DNA from: an uncultured Gammaproteobacteria bacterium
GTDB lineage: Bacteria > Pseudomonadota > Gammaproteobacteria > JAURND01
Direction: 5' to 3'
Assembly (NCBI GenBank): GCA_963714975.1
Contig: CAVQQD010000003.1
Location: 256,001-320,000 of the forward strand
DNA length: 64,000 bases
Shown: positions 62,027 through 64,000 of the stretch, piece by piece
Numbering within the stretch: the first letter of the stretch is position 1
Layout: the number at the start of each line of letters is the position of its first letter
Notes under the pieces: model-generated
Told to the model about the DNA's origin: nothing
Database searches by the model: none
What the model saw: only the letters and a program-made list of their open reading frames with translations
Made by a program: the position numbers and the translations under genes

Positions 62027-62744
62027 GGAATTGGCAACAGAAAGACTGGCCGCATTTTGCATGGTCAAAAACGGCTCTTGAAGATTTGGAGGGACAGTTT
62101 TTGCGTCAGTCCGGGGTTTTTGTTGGAGTTAGTCGACATTTAAGCCAAAAAGACCAAGCACTGCTGACGGTAAATATAATGACAGGTGAGGCTGTTAAAA
62201 CTTCAGAAATTGAGGGGGAATATCTCAATCGGAGCAGCATTCAGGCCTCTTTATGTCGCAATTTCGGGCTGGAAGTAGCCGATCAGCGAATTCCCGCAGC
62301 TGAACGTGGCATAGCCGACATGATGACTGATGCCTATCGGAATTTCTCTCAACCCCTCTCTCATGCGACGCTTTATAAGTGGCACAAATTACTGACCAGT
62401 GGTAGGCATGATTTGCAGGATATTGGTTGCTATCGTCATCATGAAGAGCCTATGCAGATAGTATCTGGCCCGATTGGGAAAAGAAAAATCCATTTTGAAG
62501 CCCCGCCGTCTAAAATTATTAAACAAGAAATGAATCGATTTATATCATGGTTTATTGAAACTGCCCCAACGGGAGAAAATCCGCTTCCTGAGGGTTTAAA
62601 GGTGAGTTAAGTGCAGAAAATTATATTAGTATTACTGGCGCTTCACGCGCTACAGCCACCCGAGATTTGCAAGATTTAGTGGAAAAAATGGTTTTAATAA
62701 AAAGGGGGCAGTTAAAAAGTACGCGGTATTATTTAAATTTGTAA
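62020..62744 (+). pseudogene. DUF4172-Fic-HTH gene with the catalytic core deleted
   Basis: MIWNWQQKDWP N-terminus; after GENPLP it jumps to EG..., then LSAENYISITGASRATATRDLQDL in another frame; no HPFxxGNGR motif. Confidence 0.85.
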
Positions 62745-62749
62745 TTGTC

Positions 62750-64000
62750 TTAGGTTAGAGTGGGGCTTTTTTCCTCGGCGGGCGGGGTTTGCAATGCTGC
62801 TAATGCTTTTGCATAATCAGCCAGATCGGGTAATGCTTTTTGCTGTGTGTGTCGTTCCTCATTATAGATTTTGGTTAGGTCTTGATTTTTCTGATTGATT
62901 ATACAGCACTTAATTAAAGCAATAACCAGTAAAATTGTGCTTCCTCCAAGTACCCCAATGCCCGCATACAAGCCTAGGCTACCGATTGCTAAATTGCTTA
63001 TATCAAGCCCGCTATCAGCAAGTGACAATCCTCCGGCTAGATAGCCTAAACTGGCGCCAAAAAATCCAGACTTACACCAAAACATGGATTGTAATTTTAG
63101 TTCAGGTGGGGTGATATTACAGTGGTAGGTTAGAATTTTTTGTAGCTGCACAAGCCCGTCAGTCGATTTGCCTTGTTGAACAAGCCGTTTTCTTTCTCTC
63201 TGAATTAAGTGAAATAATGCCGTCGAATCTTGTTTTCCAGGATTTTTTGGGTGGTCAATATTTTCTAGCGGGATGAGAGAGGGGGAGGTTGCTTGCAGTG
63301 TAATTTCCTCATCCAACTTGGTAAAATTTTTAAAAATAAGGCTTAAATTAGTATCATCAGCATTAGAGGTAAGCTGGTTGTCTTTTAAGCTCTGCAAGAG
63401 GGGAGTGAACTTTGGATTTTCAGATTGTGGTTTTTTTTCTAAGCTCTCCAAGCGGGTGATTAACTCTGAGTTGGGATTTTCCTCAATTAACGTAATGAGC
63501 TCCTTGCGCTGTTTATTAATGCTTCTAAAGGTAGCAATAACGTCCCGGGAGGTAAAATTTGGCTTACCGTTTGTCAAAAAATTACGGATAAAATCTAAAT
63601 TCAGATGAAATGACTGAAGCCGATGATAAATCTCATTATCCGCAAGTTCTAAGAGTAAAAAAGGGTCCTCGAGGGGTAATTTACGGGTAGTTAAATATTG
63701 GCCATTAAGATATTCATCTATTTCTAAGCGTTTTTCTATTTCTTCTTTAGTAATGGGACCAACTGGTTTTTTCGATAAATTCAAACTTGGTTTTATAGCA
63801 CGTTTTTTCTCCTCTAGCGGACCGCTGGTTGATTTATTCTTATTATTTTTAGGGCAGTGATCCTCAACTAAATGATAGATAATTAAGCTTAAATCTTCTG
63901 GCGTGGGTTTAAAATCTGCTTTTTTATATTTTACCTCTGCAAGATACTCTCTCACATCATCCACAGTTAAAGTGATTGGTTTCGGCAGGGTTACCTGTTG
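62750..64000 (-). CDS. Paralog of the 59521 kinase-TM protein (5' part outside the window)
   Basis: Shares ADFKPTPEDLSLIIYHLVEDHCPKNNK, QYLTTRKLPLEDPFLLL, FWCKS and ADYAKALAALQTP. Confidence 0.85.
   Translation of the reverse strand, partial: QQVTLPKPITLTVDDVREYLAEVKYKKADFKPTPEDLSLIIYHLVEDHCPKNNKNKSTSGPLEEKKRAIKPSLNLSKKPVGPITKEEIEKRLEIDEYLNGQYLTTRKLPLEDPFLLLELADNEIYHRLQSFHLNLDFIRNFLTNGKPNFTSRDVIATFRSINKQRKELITLIEENPNSELITRLESLEKKPQSENPKFTPLLQSLKDNQLTSNADDTNLSLIFKNFTKLDEEITLQATSPSLIPLENIDHPKNPGKQDSTALFHLIQRERKRLVQQGKSTDGLVQLQKILTYHCNITPPELKLQSMFWCKSGFFGASLGYLAGGLSLADSGLDISNLAIGSLGLYAGIGVLGGSTILLVIALIKCCIINQKNQDLTKIYNEERHTQQKALPDLADYAKALAALQTPPAEEKSPTLT

Overview
64 kb of a gammaproteobacterial chromosome whose gene content points to a Legionellales-like (Coxiellaceae/Rickettsiella-type) host-associated bacterium. 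This assignment is an inference from gene content, not a phylogeny. The housekeeping backbone is guaB-purL-hemB, radA, leuS, yccA, tRNA-Ser, letA/uvrY-uvrC-pgsA-tRNA-Gly, zapE, nrdAB-trxB-infA, serS, ispH, ubiX, dprA-smg-topA and xseB-ispA-dxs. It is interrupted by AT-richer accessory genes: two tandem pairs of Sel1-repeat proteins, a pair of eukaryotic-like kinase paralogs with C-terminal TM helices, three copies of an AAA-ATPase/PD-(D/E)XK nuclease gene, an IS609-like TnpB with only its right end, a toxin-antitoxin pair, a MerR module and several gene remnants. The most striking signals are: (1) at least six families of short palindromic elements, several sitting in-frame inside protein-coding genes (purL, an AAA-nuclease, dprA, zapE, an SDR), reminiscent of Rickettsia palindromic elements; (2) a SymE/SymR-like cis-antisense leader plus a long rod hairpin in front of a solo response regulator; (3) a PmrA-type box with fixed geometry at three promoters, two of them ahead of effector-like genes; (4) a catalytically degenerate MobH/TraI relaxase-like gene next to leuS. 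Single-base frameshifts in purL, nrdA and one AAA gene are most likely assembly errors.
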